Assembly: GCA_951406725.2 (NCBI GenBank)
Contig: OX597819.1
Coordinates: 85,932,001 to 85,996,000, forward strand
Length of the DNA: 64,000 nt
Direction of reading: 5' to 3'
DNA from: Octopus vulgaris
Lineage: Eukaryota
Positions 51,923 to 64,000 of the stretch are shown in pieces (the first letter of the stretch is position 1; each line of letters starts with the position of its first letter). Below the pieces are notes generated by a model. The model saw only the letters and a list, made by a program, of their open reading frames with translations, made no database searches and was not told the DNA's origin. The position numbers were made by a program, and so were the translations under genes.

Positions 51923-52217
51923 TATCTAGAGTACCTTACCTACACTTGATCTTCTCAATATAGTTTACCCCTCTGTGAGATCTATTTTCTCGTACCTAGC
52001 CATTCCTTGCGTTTAATGTGTTGATGTACATATGTTCTTATGAATCCATATAACTATACGATATATATATATATATGCGATTCTTTTATTGTTTTATTTC
52101 GTTCAGTCATTTGACTGCAGCCATGAACCGCCTTGAATTTTTTGTCGAATGGATCGACCTCACTTAATTATTTTGTGAGCCTGACCCTTAATGCTGGATC
52201 ATTAAATCAATGTTTTA

Positions 52218-53029
52218 ATGATTAGACAGAGGTCCAGTAGTATAGCTCTCAGAAACACACTACGCACAAATTTATTCTTCACAACTCCTGAAGTTGTTTT
52301 CAGATATGATCCATCCCATTCTTATAAAAATGATAACTCTGCCCAAATTGGTGTGCTAAACACAAATTGTCGTTTATGTAGAGCTTTAAAATTTTCAAAT
52401 GAACCAGACGGTAAGTAATGCTCAGGCGGCAAGGCAACATTGCCAGCACTACCAGCTCCTTCTCAACCTCTTATGAATCTTCTAGAAGGCACTTCCATCA
52501 AGTCAAAAGATTTCCTTAACAATTTCAGACAATACAACTCTGCACTTCAAATGACAGCGTTTGGAGCATCTAAGAAAATTGATAACCATGAATTTACGCC
52601 GACGTCAGAGTTCAAGAGCAAGTCTATCACCTCATTGGTTCCCTGTTACTCGCAAATGAACAACCACAGTTCCTCCAAACTTAGTTTATGAGTGATGTAG
52701 GACAATAAACCCGACGGAAGTGCCAAAATTCCAGATGATGAGTCGCGTTACACACAGTGCCAACTGCTGCAAAGGAAAGTATATCCACTGACTGATTTTC
52801 GGTGCCTTCAAAAATCATATAAACCCCACATCCAATTTTCCATGACTGGTTAGGGCCTGAAATGCTTCAAACGGACGCATAGCATGTTGCTTAGTCGAAG
52901 CAGCCCATCATTTACTCCACAAATGTTTTGCTATCAATGCTGCACTTTCCCATATCACTTGTTTCAACATAACTGTAATACATTATATACAGACTATGCC
53001 ATTTTAATCTCGAGCGGGTATCTCTGCTA

Positions 53030-53030
<1 letters not shown>
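52218..53030 (+). mobile_element. Helitron relic, copy 2
   Basis: Duplicate of 49817-50634 with an extra stop (TGC>TAA) and a deletion in the terminal hairpin. Confidence 0.85.
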
Positions 53031-53068
<38 letters not shown>

Positions 53069-53114
53069 CGTATGTAAGTATGTATATATATATATATATA
53101 AATACGTATGTAAG

Positions 53115-53150
<36 letters not shown>

Positions 53151-53269
53151 CGTATGTAAGTATGTATATATATATATATATATATAAATATATATATACA
53201 TATACATATATATATATATATATACATATGTATGTAAATATGTATACATATTTATATATTTATATATAC

Positions 53270-53312
<43 letters not shown>

Positions 53313-53342
53313 TGGCATGTGAATATCTATGCCTATGTGTAC

Positions 53343-53387
<45 letters not shown>

Positions 53388-54184
53388 TAGATAAAACATA
53401 TATGTATATATGTTTGTGTGTGTGCGTGTTTGTGAATGTGTTCGTGTGTGTGCGTGCGTGCGTGTGTATTGTATTTATGATGGATAGAATTAGATGAGTC
53501 TCGATGACAGGTTTATGTTATTTGTCGACAAGAATCTCACAAATTATATCTTTTAACGAGATAATGATTTTTCGATTTTGATGACCTGATTGAATTTAAA
53601 TAGTACGGTTGTTTGATCACTCTACTTCTTACTTACCCGTTGTAGCCACACCTAATTTTCCTATATATTCGTGCATTAAGATTGTATAACCTAATGCTGC
53701 AACTGATGTTTAAGTTGTTCAGGTCGCTGGATGATACCTCATTTTTTTGATATTTTATCTGTTTAAAATTTTGCCTGATGATGATGAATTCTAGGTTATG
53801 ACGTAATCCTTTCTGCTAGCTTTAGAAAAAATTCTACTAAAACAGCTATCACAAATTTAAAACACCAGCTGTGTTTATATTTTTATAGGACCAACCATGG
53901 AGTTGGATCCATGGTTTAAATTCGAGGTGGTAATTAAATATCTAGAGTACCTTACCTACACTTGATCTTCTCAATATAGTTTACCCCTCTGTGAGATCTA
54001 TTTTCTCGTACCTAGCCATTCCTTGCGTTTAATGTGTTGATGTACATATGTTCTTATGAATCCATATAACTATACGATATATATATATATATATATAATA
54101 TTTGTAAACAGGCTTTGTAAGTTACGGAGAGGAAGCTACTATGGAAACTCAGTAAAATAATAACTGTATAATATTATATATTAC

Positions 54185-54400
54185 CCGATTTGAAGCGACA
54201 ATTTTTAAATTCAGAAGAATAACCGAAAAATGATGAGCTAAGCCTTGCCAGAATCGAACCCACAAATCAACGTTATCGTGGTTCCTTGTGCATCCGATTC
54301 AAAGGAGCCTTGTTAGCGTTGATTTGTGGTTTTGATTCTGGGTAGGGTTAGCTCATCAAATTTTGGTCAATTGTAATTAAAGATTGTCACTTCAAATCGG
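54185..54400. repeat. Diverged ~215-bp foldback between (TA)n tracts
   Basis: ccgatttgaagcgacaat...tgatgagctaa...ccacaaatcaacg pairs with cgttgatttgtgg...ttagctcatca...attgtcacttcaaatcgg. Confidence 0.8.
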
Positions 54401-54424
54401 AAAACATTTATTGTTATGGTATAT

Positions 54425-54497
<73 letters not shown>

Positions 54498-54534
54498 GTA
54501 TATATATGTATATATATGTATATATATATGTGTC

Positions 54535-57500
54535 ACTAAGGATGTGCCTGAACCCAGAATGCAACCACCACCATCTGAAGGGCACAAAACGATCGCAAAA
54601 TAAATATAAACAGCAACAGAGGAGATCTACGACAACAACAAAAACAAAATACAACCACGTTTCACCTCCTACAATCAAACAACGAAGACAGAACCATGAA
54701 AAAACCATATCACCAAATAACAAAAACATGAAGTATGTATTCCCTGACCAAGTGGCAAACCAAAGAGGCAACTCTTTTTTACTGACTTACCTAGAAAATA
54801 TGAAGGCCGACCTAAGCCAGGAGATCCAACGTGCTATCAGCAACCATTCAAGCAAACCACAAGGCCCACACACCCTCTACCAACAAGAAAATCACACACA
54901 CACAGCTCCATACAAAAACTACCCACATTGTTACCACTGAACAACATAAGACATAACTTAGAACAATGCAAACATCAAACTACCCTTACCTCGACATTCC
55001 TGTTAAATGTACGTGGCATCAACCCATCAATCATTGCCCAAGAATGGAAGATCCCATATATAGAGAGTTGGCTTGCCGAAACGGCACATTGCTTCCCTTT
55101 CTTTATCCTTGCTGAAACTCACCTAAACAACACCCATATGGATGCCGAGGTGAAAATAAAAGATTTCACCATCGTTTGTTCAGATCGCACAGAGGGACAG
55201 CCATCTTTATCCATGACTCCTTTTCGCTTGATGCCAAGGACATATTTTCCAATGACTATTGTGAATCTATATCCCTATTCAACAAGGCCAAAGATATAAT
55301 CATTGTTGGTCTTTACAGGCCTCCCCAAGCACCTTTAAAGTGCTTCGAAGAGTGCCTTAACAAAATCAAGTCCTTCCTTCAAAAATACAACTCTGGAAAC
55401 ATACTAGTGATGGGTGATTTTTAACCTTCCTCATATATTGGCCCACAAATACTCTGACGTTAGGCAAATGCTCCACATCAGATAAAGCAGCAGCAGAATT
55501 ACTTTTTAATCTAATGGATAAATTCTTCCTGACTCATCTAGTGCTCGAACCAACAAGACAGAATAAAACGATCTTGGATCTAATATTAACCAACCACTCT
55601 AGCTTTGTTCACAGTATTTCAGTTGAAAAAAACTCTCCTCTCAGACCACGACATGGTACTCTGCAATTTTAATTCCCGGCATATAAAAACCAAACCAGCC
55701 ACTCCCACTCCATAGCACTCATTTGACAACATAAACTTCCACAATGCGGACTGGGGGGCAATCAGAAAGGATCTGTCTTTCATCGACTGGTCTTTTACTC
55801 TCAATTCCACCCAAATTGAGACCGCATGGCAGCACTTTGAGAACATTGTCACCTATACATGCTCTAAACACGCTCCTACGAAATCTACTAACACAAACAG
55901 AAACTGGCTCCCTAAAAAGAAAAAAACACTCATCAGGCGCATCAAAAGACTCAATAAAAAAATCAAGCAATTAAAATATTCCCACATACAACATCCACAT
56001 TCGACAACAATGAAAAGGCTAGAGTTGGAAAAACCTCATCTGCTGACCGACATGAAAACCTCCATTGAAAATCAAAGAGCTGTGGAGGAACAGTGGGTAA
56101 TCAAAAACATCAAACAGAACCCAAAAGTGTTCTATTCTTATGCAAATAAGCATAGAACCACTGTCTCACCCATTGGGCCATTGAGTAATGATAACGGCAT
56201 TCCACAACACGATGCTAAAGAAATGGCAGAAATACTGCAGAAACAATACTGCTCTGTCTTTAGTGATCCCACTGATATTGGCGTAAGAGCGAACGAAGTT
56301 GATTCCCAACATAAAATCTCAGACATAACCTTCACTGCCTCTGACACCATAGCAGCAATAAATAAGGTCAAATAATATTCTGCTGTAGGCCCTGATAGAT
56401 TCCCCGCTAGTCTCCTGAAGGAATGTAGACACCAATTTGCAGTCCCTTTGACCAACCTCTGGAGAAATTCGTTAGACTCAGGTTATATACCGAAACAGCT
56501 TCTATCCCAGTCTGTCATCCCGGTTTTCAAACAGGGAAACAGATCCCTCGCTGTCAACTATTGCCCAATCTCACTCACCTCCCACATCATTAAAGTGTTT
56601 GAAAAAGTGTTAAGATCAAGGATAGCTGACTTCCTGGAGACCCACAAACTCCTAAATGCAAATCAGCATGGCTTTCGCTGTGGCAGGGACTGTCTAACAC
56701 AGCTTTTATACCACATTGAAGATGTACTCAAAGCCTTGGGAACAGGTTCGAACTCTGATGTCATATATCTTGACTTCAGTAAAGCGTTCGACAGGGTTGA
56801 CCGTAATATCCTACTCTCAAAATTGGCAAATGTTGGAATCCGTGGAAAACTTCTACACTGGATTAAGTATTTCCTGCCGAATAGAACACAACATGTTGCA
56901 GTTGATGGAGTCCATTCAAGCCCAGCAAAAGTCACCAGCGGTGTCCCCCAGGGGACTGTCTTGGGCCCGCTATTCTTTATAATTTACATAAACGACCTTT
57001 CCAGTGTCGTACATTACTGCAAAGTAATAATATTTGCTGATGACACTAAGCTCCAGCAAATCCTCAATGAAGAAGCAAACCAAACTCAACTCCAGTCTGA
57101 TCTATATGCTGTGAGTCAATGGGCAGACAGAAACAAAATGCAACTGAACGAGGGAAAATTTGAGCTGATGCATTTTGGAAGAAATTCCTCACTAAAACAG
57201 CCATACTCTCTTCCTTCAGGGGAACCGCTCACAGCCTCTAACAATATAACAATATAAGACCTGGGTGTAATTGTTGATGACGATCTCAGTTGGAGTGCTC
57301 ACATCAACAATAAGGTCGATATAGCTCGTAGGATGAGTTCCTGGATCTTAAGAACTTTCCGGTCCAGAGAACAAGGTCTCATCATACCACTTTTCTCCTC
57401 CTTTGTACGGCCACACATCGAATACTGATGGACACTGTGGTCTCCCCATACAAGACAAAACATCTCGAGGATTGAATCACCCCAGAGGGCACCCACTAAA

Positions 57501-58012
57501 CGAATTGAAGGCATGGCTGCTCTTGATTATTGGGACCGCCTTAAAGCCTTGAAACTCTACTCTCTCCAGCGTCGCCGTGAGCGGTACATCATTTGCATGA
57601 TGTGGAGAATATACCGCCAACTTTGCCCAAACGACCTGAACATTAGCTTCAAGGTTCATCCAAGTCTGGGACCACGGGCCATACGTCCCCTACCCAATCC
57701 AAGATCACGGCATATATGTACACTGCAACATAATTTCTTTTCTTCAACAGGCCCTGCTCTATTTAACATTGTCCCGAAAGAGATCAAAGAGGAAAAGGAT
57801 CCCATCAACTTTAAACGGAGTCTGGATAGATTGCTTCAAGGAATACCAGATAAGCCACCCATAATTGGATACAATTCACTCAACCAAAGCTCACTACTTG
57901 AATGGACCATAAACAAAACTTGACTCAAACAGGATTTAGATAATCCTATCTGGTGGTGCTATTAAGTTAGACATGGCCTGGACCAATCTTTGGTCGAAAC
58001 ATATCTAAGTTT
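54535..58012 (+). mobile_element. Near-full-length CR1-type LINE (APE + RT), pseudogenised
   Basis: ORF1 tail ([10 protein letters not shown]); APE motifs LLNVRG, LAETHL, GLYRPP, VMGDF, LDLILTN and SDH; RT motifs PISLTSHIIKVFE, YLDFSKAFD, SGVPQGTVLGP and FADD; C-terminal LYSLQRRRERY. Several frameshifts and stops. (TA)n at both ends. Confidence 0.93.
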
Positions 58013-58189
58013 TATATATATATATTCATTTCACTCGTACGGCTGTGGTCATGCTGGAACACCACCGTGATTTTGCTGATTTCTTCAGTCTGGAGTGTTT
58101 CGCATCACCACTCATGTATATGTTCCTTTGTCTCAATTCTTTTCCGATTTGGTGTATGAGTTTGATTCCGTTGCCTCATCTGTACTTCA

Positions 58190-58400
58190 TGTCGGGCCAC
58201 TGGTTCAACCGATATTCTGGAGAAGAGGATGTCTAGATCCTTTTTGAAGACCTCTAATTCCACCTTATGCAGATTTCTTAATTTTCGTGACAGGACATTG
58301 AAGATTTGTGGGCCTTTGAACCCTAGACTATTGCAGTACCTTGTCCTGAATTTAGATGGTGTGGTTGGCACCTTTGGCATCCAGTTCTGGAGGATAGTTT
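58190..58400 (-). mobile_element. CR1-type LINE 3' fragment (family of 35890-37832)
   Basis: PKVP...YCNSLGFKGPQIFNVL..LEVFKKDLD matches ~37550-37690. Confidence 0.7.
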
Positions 58401-58578
58401 AGCTGGCTGAAACTTCGAAGAAAGCGTCAGTAGTGTTCTAGCTTAACAACAATAACTTATACTCTGCAAAAGTATAGTGCAATACATCAGATTAGTGTAA
58501 AACTGTATTATGACAGAACATAAAGACAAACATTAATATTATTTACATTATTTACAATTGACGGATATTTGTCCTCAT

Positions 58579-58833
58579 CAATTAACAAGCAGGTGGCTGA
58601 ATATTCCACAGACACAGATACCCGTAACGTTGTTCCGAGGAAGATTCGTGACACAGAATATGACGAGGCTGGCCCTTTGAAACACAGATACTGCTTATCT
58701 TTTCCGGGTGAGTTGACTGAAACAACGTTAAATAAAATGTCTTGCACAACGACACGACGCACCGCCTGGAATTGAACTCAACACCTTACTATCGTGAGCC
58801 AAATACCCCTAACCGCTAAGCCACGTTCCTTCA
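58579..58833 (-). mobile_element. tRNA-derived SINE, older copy of the 19021-19345 family
   Basis: Collinear similarity, including the head (ggaattgaactc...ctaagccacg..cttca on the + strand). Confidence 0.8.
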
Positions 58834-59485
58834 TATATAAAACAATGATTTGAAACATACGTATTAAATGCTTTCAAAATATGATTATTTGGTTTGATTT
58901 CATTTATATTATGTGTATGTATGTGAATGTGTGTGTGTTTGTGTGTGTTTGTGCATGTGTGTGCATGCATGTGATGTTGTGTACGTGCATCTATGTGTTT
59001 GTAAAATTATATATCTTTAGGTATAGGCACCAATTTATATCTAAATATCTGCATGCATAAATTTCCATCTTTTCTATTTCGCTTTCTATCTCCGTTTCTG
59101 CTAAATATTCTTTTATACGTCTGTTTCCAAATTCTGCCGCTGTTCACAGTTGCAAGTGATATACATTATATATTCTTTATGTTTGATATCTTACAATCTA
59201 AATTACAGTATTGACGAAATGCACATATTCATAATTTAAACATCCTCTAAACACTTAGAACGCAATTCTGAATTCAAGCTAAGTTGTTAATTTATCTTAG
59301 CTAAACATTTTGCATTTAATCAGTTCTCACCGTAAAATAAATATGACAAAATCTAAATTTAAACATCCTGTTTACATATTGCATTGTATACTGACTTTAT
59401 TTCTAACTCGTGCTACTTTTAACGCTATCATTAAATTTCATATGCTCTCTATTATCTCCAGTCACTTACATTACTAACTTGCGAC

Positions 59486-60876
59486 CAGTTCAAGAAAGGG
59501 AGCCGCGAAGACCCGCTTAACTACCGACCGGTTTCCCTTACATCAATAATCAGCAAGATGTTCGAAACCATCCTTAAGAAAAGTATGATGCTCCACCTCC
59601 TAAGCACAGCCTCGATCACTGATTCCCAACACGGCTTCGTGCCGAAGAGATCATGCTTGACCAACTTACTAGTAATGGAAGAATTGGTGACGCGCATCCT
59701 CGATGATAGTGATGCTGTTGACATCGTTTTATTGGACTTTGCCAAAGCTTTTGACTCGGTAAACCACCGCCTACTACTTGTCAAGCTTCAAGCATATAGT
59801 TTCCATCCGGATATTGTACGATGGGTTGGTGCCTTCCTCTCAGATCGCTCCTTCCAAGTTCAAGTTAATGGTTCGCGGTCCGACGTCTCCAGTGCGAACA
59901 GTGGCGTGCCTCAAGGTTCAGTGCTTGGGCCCTTGTTGTTCTTAGTCTTCATAAATGACTTGCCCGACGACCTCACGCAACACACCCTTCTATTTGCCGA
60001 CGATATCAAACTGGTCGCTCCTCGCGGTAGTATAGAGGATCTTCGTCGATGCCTCCACCAAATTTGGAAGTGGTCTAACGATTGGGACCTGTGTCTGAAC
60101 GTGTCAAAGTGCTGTCATCTGCCTGTCGGCTCTACTCCTACAACTCAACTTGATTTCGAGCCGGGTCGTCTGCTGCTGGAAGGGACCGATCAGGTAAAGG
60201 ACCTGGGTATCTTGGGTGGATTCCTCCTTTTCGCCTTCGGCCCAGTGCGTCCATGCTGCCAACAAAGCGCGCGGAATTCTGTTTTTGATTCGACGGTCAT
60301 TCGGAGTGCTCACAGCAGCCATATTCCTGCCACTCTATGTCACGCTGGTGAGACCCATATTGGAGTATGGGATTCAAGCCTCTTCTCCTTATCTCCTCAA
60401 AGACATACAGCACCTCGAAAGAGTTCAGAAGCTGGCTACCCGCCTGGTTCATGGTCTCAAAAATTTGTCCTACGAAGAAAGGCTGAGGACGCTCGACCTT
60501 TATTCTCTTGAAAAACGCCGCCGCCGTGGTGATCTCATTCTCGCCCACAACATCATAAGCGGGAAGTGTAACCTCTCGAAAGAGCTGTTCTTCGCTCCTG
60601 CTCCGGAGCGTCGGCTGCGGGGTCATTCCGAAAAGCTCTACCTGCGACGATTTCATCTCAATCGAAGGAGAGGAGCTTTCTCCGTCCGGGTTGCGGATCC
60701 GTGGAACAAGCTGCCAGATGAGATGGTGAAGATGCCGACGACCGCTTTGTTCAAAGCCTCCCTGGACCTCAAGTGGCCTGAACTCTTTACATGAACACCA
60801 CCCTGTACTTAACTCCATGTCCCCCTACATGGCCTTGCTATTTGCTTTTGAGCCAAATTAACTAACTAACTAACTA
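59486..60876 (+). mobile_element. Young 5'-truncated CR1/L2-group LINE with (AACT)n tail and probable TSD
   Basis: YRPVSLTSIISKMFE, LDFAKAFDSV, SGVPQGSVLGP, FADD and LYSLEKRRRRGDLI, with a single frameshift near 60215. GC-richer than the flanks. actaactt(g/c)cgac occurs at 59473-59485 and 60877-60889. Confidence 0.92.
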
Positions 60877-60904
60877 ACTAACTTCCGACGTATTCGAACA
60901 AGTA

Positions 60905-61150
60905 TCGTAAATCCTCGAGTATAACCCGCACTTTTTTACGAAAATTTAAGGTCAAAATCCCTATATACGAGGTTAAAAATGAAATTTATTTTCTAAGCAA
61001 TGTCCGAGTCTCTGTTTGCTGTTCGGCAATGTTTATTCAGATGCATTTTGTGATGTCGGGCGCGAAAATACCTTAAGCGAAGTCTGAAAGCAATGAGGTC
61101 ATAAAAGAATCATCCATAACTTGCAGTAAGCAACATTTATTAAATGAAAA
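60905..61150. mobile_element. Possible pogo/Tigger-type terminal fragment
   Basis: cgtaaatcctcgagtataacccgcac...tatatacgag resembles pogo-type TIRs; no partner TIR seen. Confidence 0.35.
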
Positions 61151-63902
61151 TAAATGAAAATTGACTAACAAAAAATTAGACAACCCAAGAGCTTCCATGT
61201 CATGCAGAGTGTATGACAATATGACTTCTGTTTTGTCGATTACATCAATCCCTTGCTCAATTGTTACCTAGGTCCTCGATTCCTAAAAGATAAAACGCAA
61301 GGGCATTTGAATTCAGAATGTAAATTCGGAAGGCATGCGTTAAACATTTTTCCGGCGTCGTAACGATTCTGCCTGAACGATGTCTTAGAGAGTCTTAATA
61401 TTGATTTTTCACTATAGAATCTATAATATTATAGTAACTATACTGAAGTCTATTGACTACTTGTAAAATGGGTGGTACCTCAATAATTTCAAGAACACGA
61501 ATATCTTGAAGGTAATATGAATCTTTTGTTGTCTGTTTTATTTAAGATTTTAAGCAATTACAACGGCATTATAGCTAAACTGAAAAAATGGGAATCACAT
61601 CTTTTCAGTTCGGGAAAGGATATGAAAAATTATATGAATATAATTTCCCTTGATATTATATAACATCATAGTATATAATTTTTGAAATCAGAGTTGTATC
61701 TTAGAGTGTACGGAATGCTGTATATATTCAAATATCTTAAGAAAATATTATACGATTTAAGAGAGCATATGAATAATATTAATATTTTATTTAAAATAAA
61801 AGTGCATCTAACACTAGATCGAGATAATTTCTATCTGACAACTCTCTAAACTGAAGTGACAATCCAAAGAGAATTTACGACAGCGATAACGAAACATGAA
61901 GGGTTGAAATGGCAATAGCTACAATGATAGTAACATTAGATGAAATGATATCAATACCAATGCCATGAGTGACGGTAAAACCCACTCATAAAATGCACAA
62001 AATAGTACAGCTGCGGCCAAAGTAAAACGAAAAGATTGATCACTTCAAATCAGGAACGATACCAATACAGGCCAAATGGCAAAGTTATAAAACAATGACT
62101 GTGATATCACTGACCACTGACATCAGTAGCGCTGGAATGAAAGTAGGAAAATTTGTTCAGTCCATGACAGCGGTGAACCACTGAAGCAAACGGATAACCC
62201 CAGCAAAGTGAAAATCAAATTTCCATAATGGGTCCTGGAAATGCCACTGGAAAGGTCATTGTACTTTATCTTCAAGAAAATAAGTTTACTTTTCAAGTAA
62301 ATAGGAATATTTAATTCATCCGTCTTTTCTACAATGATATTTGCAAAACAGACTTTCTGTGTGTGAGATACAGAGTACTTTAACACAAAGAATGTGAGAG
62401 AAATATACCTCGATGCTATACCCCGAGGATGGATATATTGAATCAATGTATTAAAGATGCAATACTGTTCAGTGTAGATTTTGTTGTCACATCAAGTTTA
62501 AATAAAGGAAACATATTTGTGTTAGGATGGAAGAAATAAGAATTTAATCTATTCTGCTCCAAATTAACTGGCATGGGGTAATATTTTTTACAAACACACT
62601 AACTACGTACAGACAAAAACGCCTCCCTCTCACACTACATATGTCTGTGTATGTATTTGTGTGTGTGATTGCGTTTGTATATATTTATGTATGTATATAT
62701 GTATGCATATATGCATGCAGACATTGGGTGCTCGCACACAACAGAACCTCCATGAACTTGAAAGACCTCAACAAGAAATATCTTTACCAGACTTAGAATC
62801 TATATGAATGCCAATGGCGCGTTATAAATGTATGGCATAATATATACATAAAAACTACCATAAACCGAGAAACCAATACAATACTACCTAAACTAGTTTA
62901 TCACAACCAGAACAAGAATTTCAATGAAAGACAACTTACTACCGCAATAATACAAAAAACAAAACGTTAGCAGTCAACAAGCACATTAAACTTACTCATC
63001 CATCTTCAGTTGCTAAATGGACCTCCTTATGATTTCCCCAGTTGGGGAGTGCCAGACAGCAAGATAGTGTCAACAGCGTTAAAAATATAACGCTACCTGG
63101 AAATTAATTTACAAGTAGCATAAGCAAAACATTAGCACATTACGTCTATATCTATTTAATGCTTTTCAAACACCTATATCTATTTAATGTTTCAAACGCA
63201 AACAAATCTCAAACATAAATCGTTATGTGCCTATGGCTACAAGCAAAGAAATTAAAATGTAAAATATTGAATACAAAGAAATATCATCAAAATGGACTTT
63301 TCCATAGTAGAAATTCAAATATATAGAACATTAAAGTGAACTACAGTACTAAATGTGTAAACAAAGCACATTGAAAATAGTCGAAAACAGGTTGCCAATA
63401 CATAAAACGGAAAATAATAATAATCTAACAATCTGTGTAAAACGTTAAACATATAGATTAATTAGAGATAAACAAAAGATGTGTATTATAAACTATTGCT
63501 ACCAAATAATCTATAATACGTGTTAAGAAGCAAGCAAATATAAACTAAGAGAATAGCACATCAATTTAACTTAGCTGAAGAGTCTCAGGCGTCAATCGCC
63601 TTAAAATAACACGACGCGGAAAATCAGTCAATGTTTACCAATATTTGTTAAATATAAACAGCAACTATAGTAATATTTAAGCTAACATTTCCACTTAATG
63701 AAAAGCATATACGTAATATAAAATTGAGTAAAACAGTCAAATCGTAACGAAAATACTTTCTGACGCTTAATATTTAAAAACATAATTAATACTCACTGAA
63801 TATAAACATATCATTTTAATTGTCTATAACATGGGAATAACTAAGTGTAGAGCTATAACTCGGATTATAGAAAGTATATTTAAGCCAATATTTTCGCCTA
63901 AA

Positions 63903-63952
<50 letters not shown>

Positions 63953-64000
63953 AAATTTACTAATACAATAGCAGCCATAATATGAGTCAGTAAGAACGAG

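Noticed and set aside
60104-60818. Antisense ORFs over LINEs, Tc1 and the GPCR (e.g. 60297-60818, 56138-56455, 28104-28349, 8918-9112)
   Set aside because: Shadow frames of real coding sequence on the other strand.
62123-62446. 107-aa minus-strand ORF
   Set aside because: No recognisable motif or splice context; expected by chance.

Overview
AT-rich, microsatellite-dense animal DNA; the SINE types and (TA)n/(CA)n load suggest an octopus or other cephalopod (inference). The only convincing host gene is a class A peptide-type (FMRFamide-receptor-like) GPCR at 8298-9359. The rest is mostly mobile DNA: a full-length but dead IR/DR Tc1, a mariner relic, a hAT-like relic, Helitron pieces, CR1-type LINEs, an R4/Dong-type LINE fragment, tRNA-derived SINEs and two segmental duplications. 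The most striking signal is non-coding. Short elements, most of them within or next to (TA)n tracts, occur as foldbacks or tandem arrays and carry minimal type I hammerhead ribozyme (HHR) motifs: stem I, CUGANGA, stem II, GAAA, palindromic stem III, UH. The best cases are a 545-bp-unit array with 7 HHRs (43534-47093), a diverged relative with a 544-bp period (35121-35812), and a foldback with a near-canonical HHR in each arm (24192-24804). Penelope-like RT relics lie nearby. Together these suggest a microsatellite-targeting, Penelope-dependent retrozyme-like system. All folds were read by eye; nothing was computed or searched.
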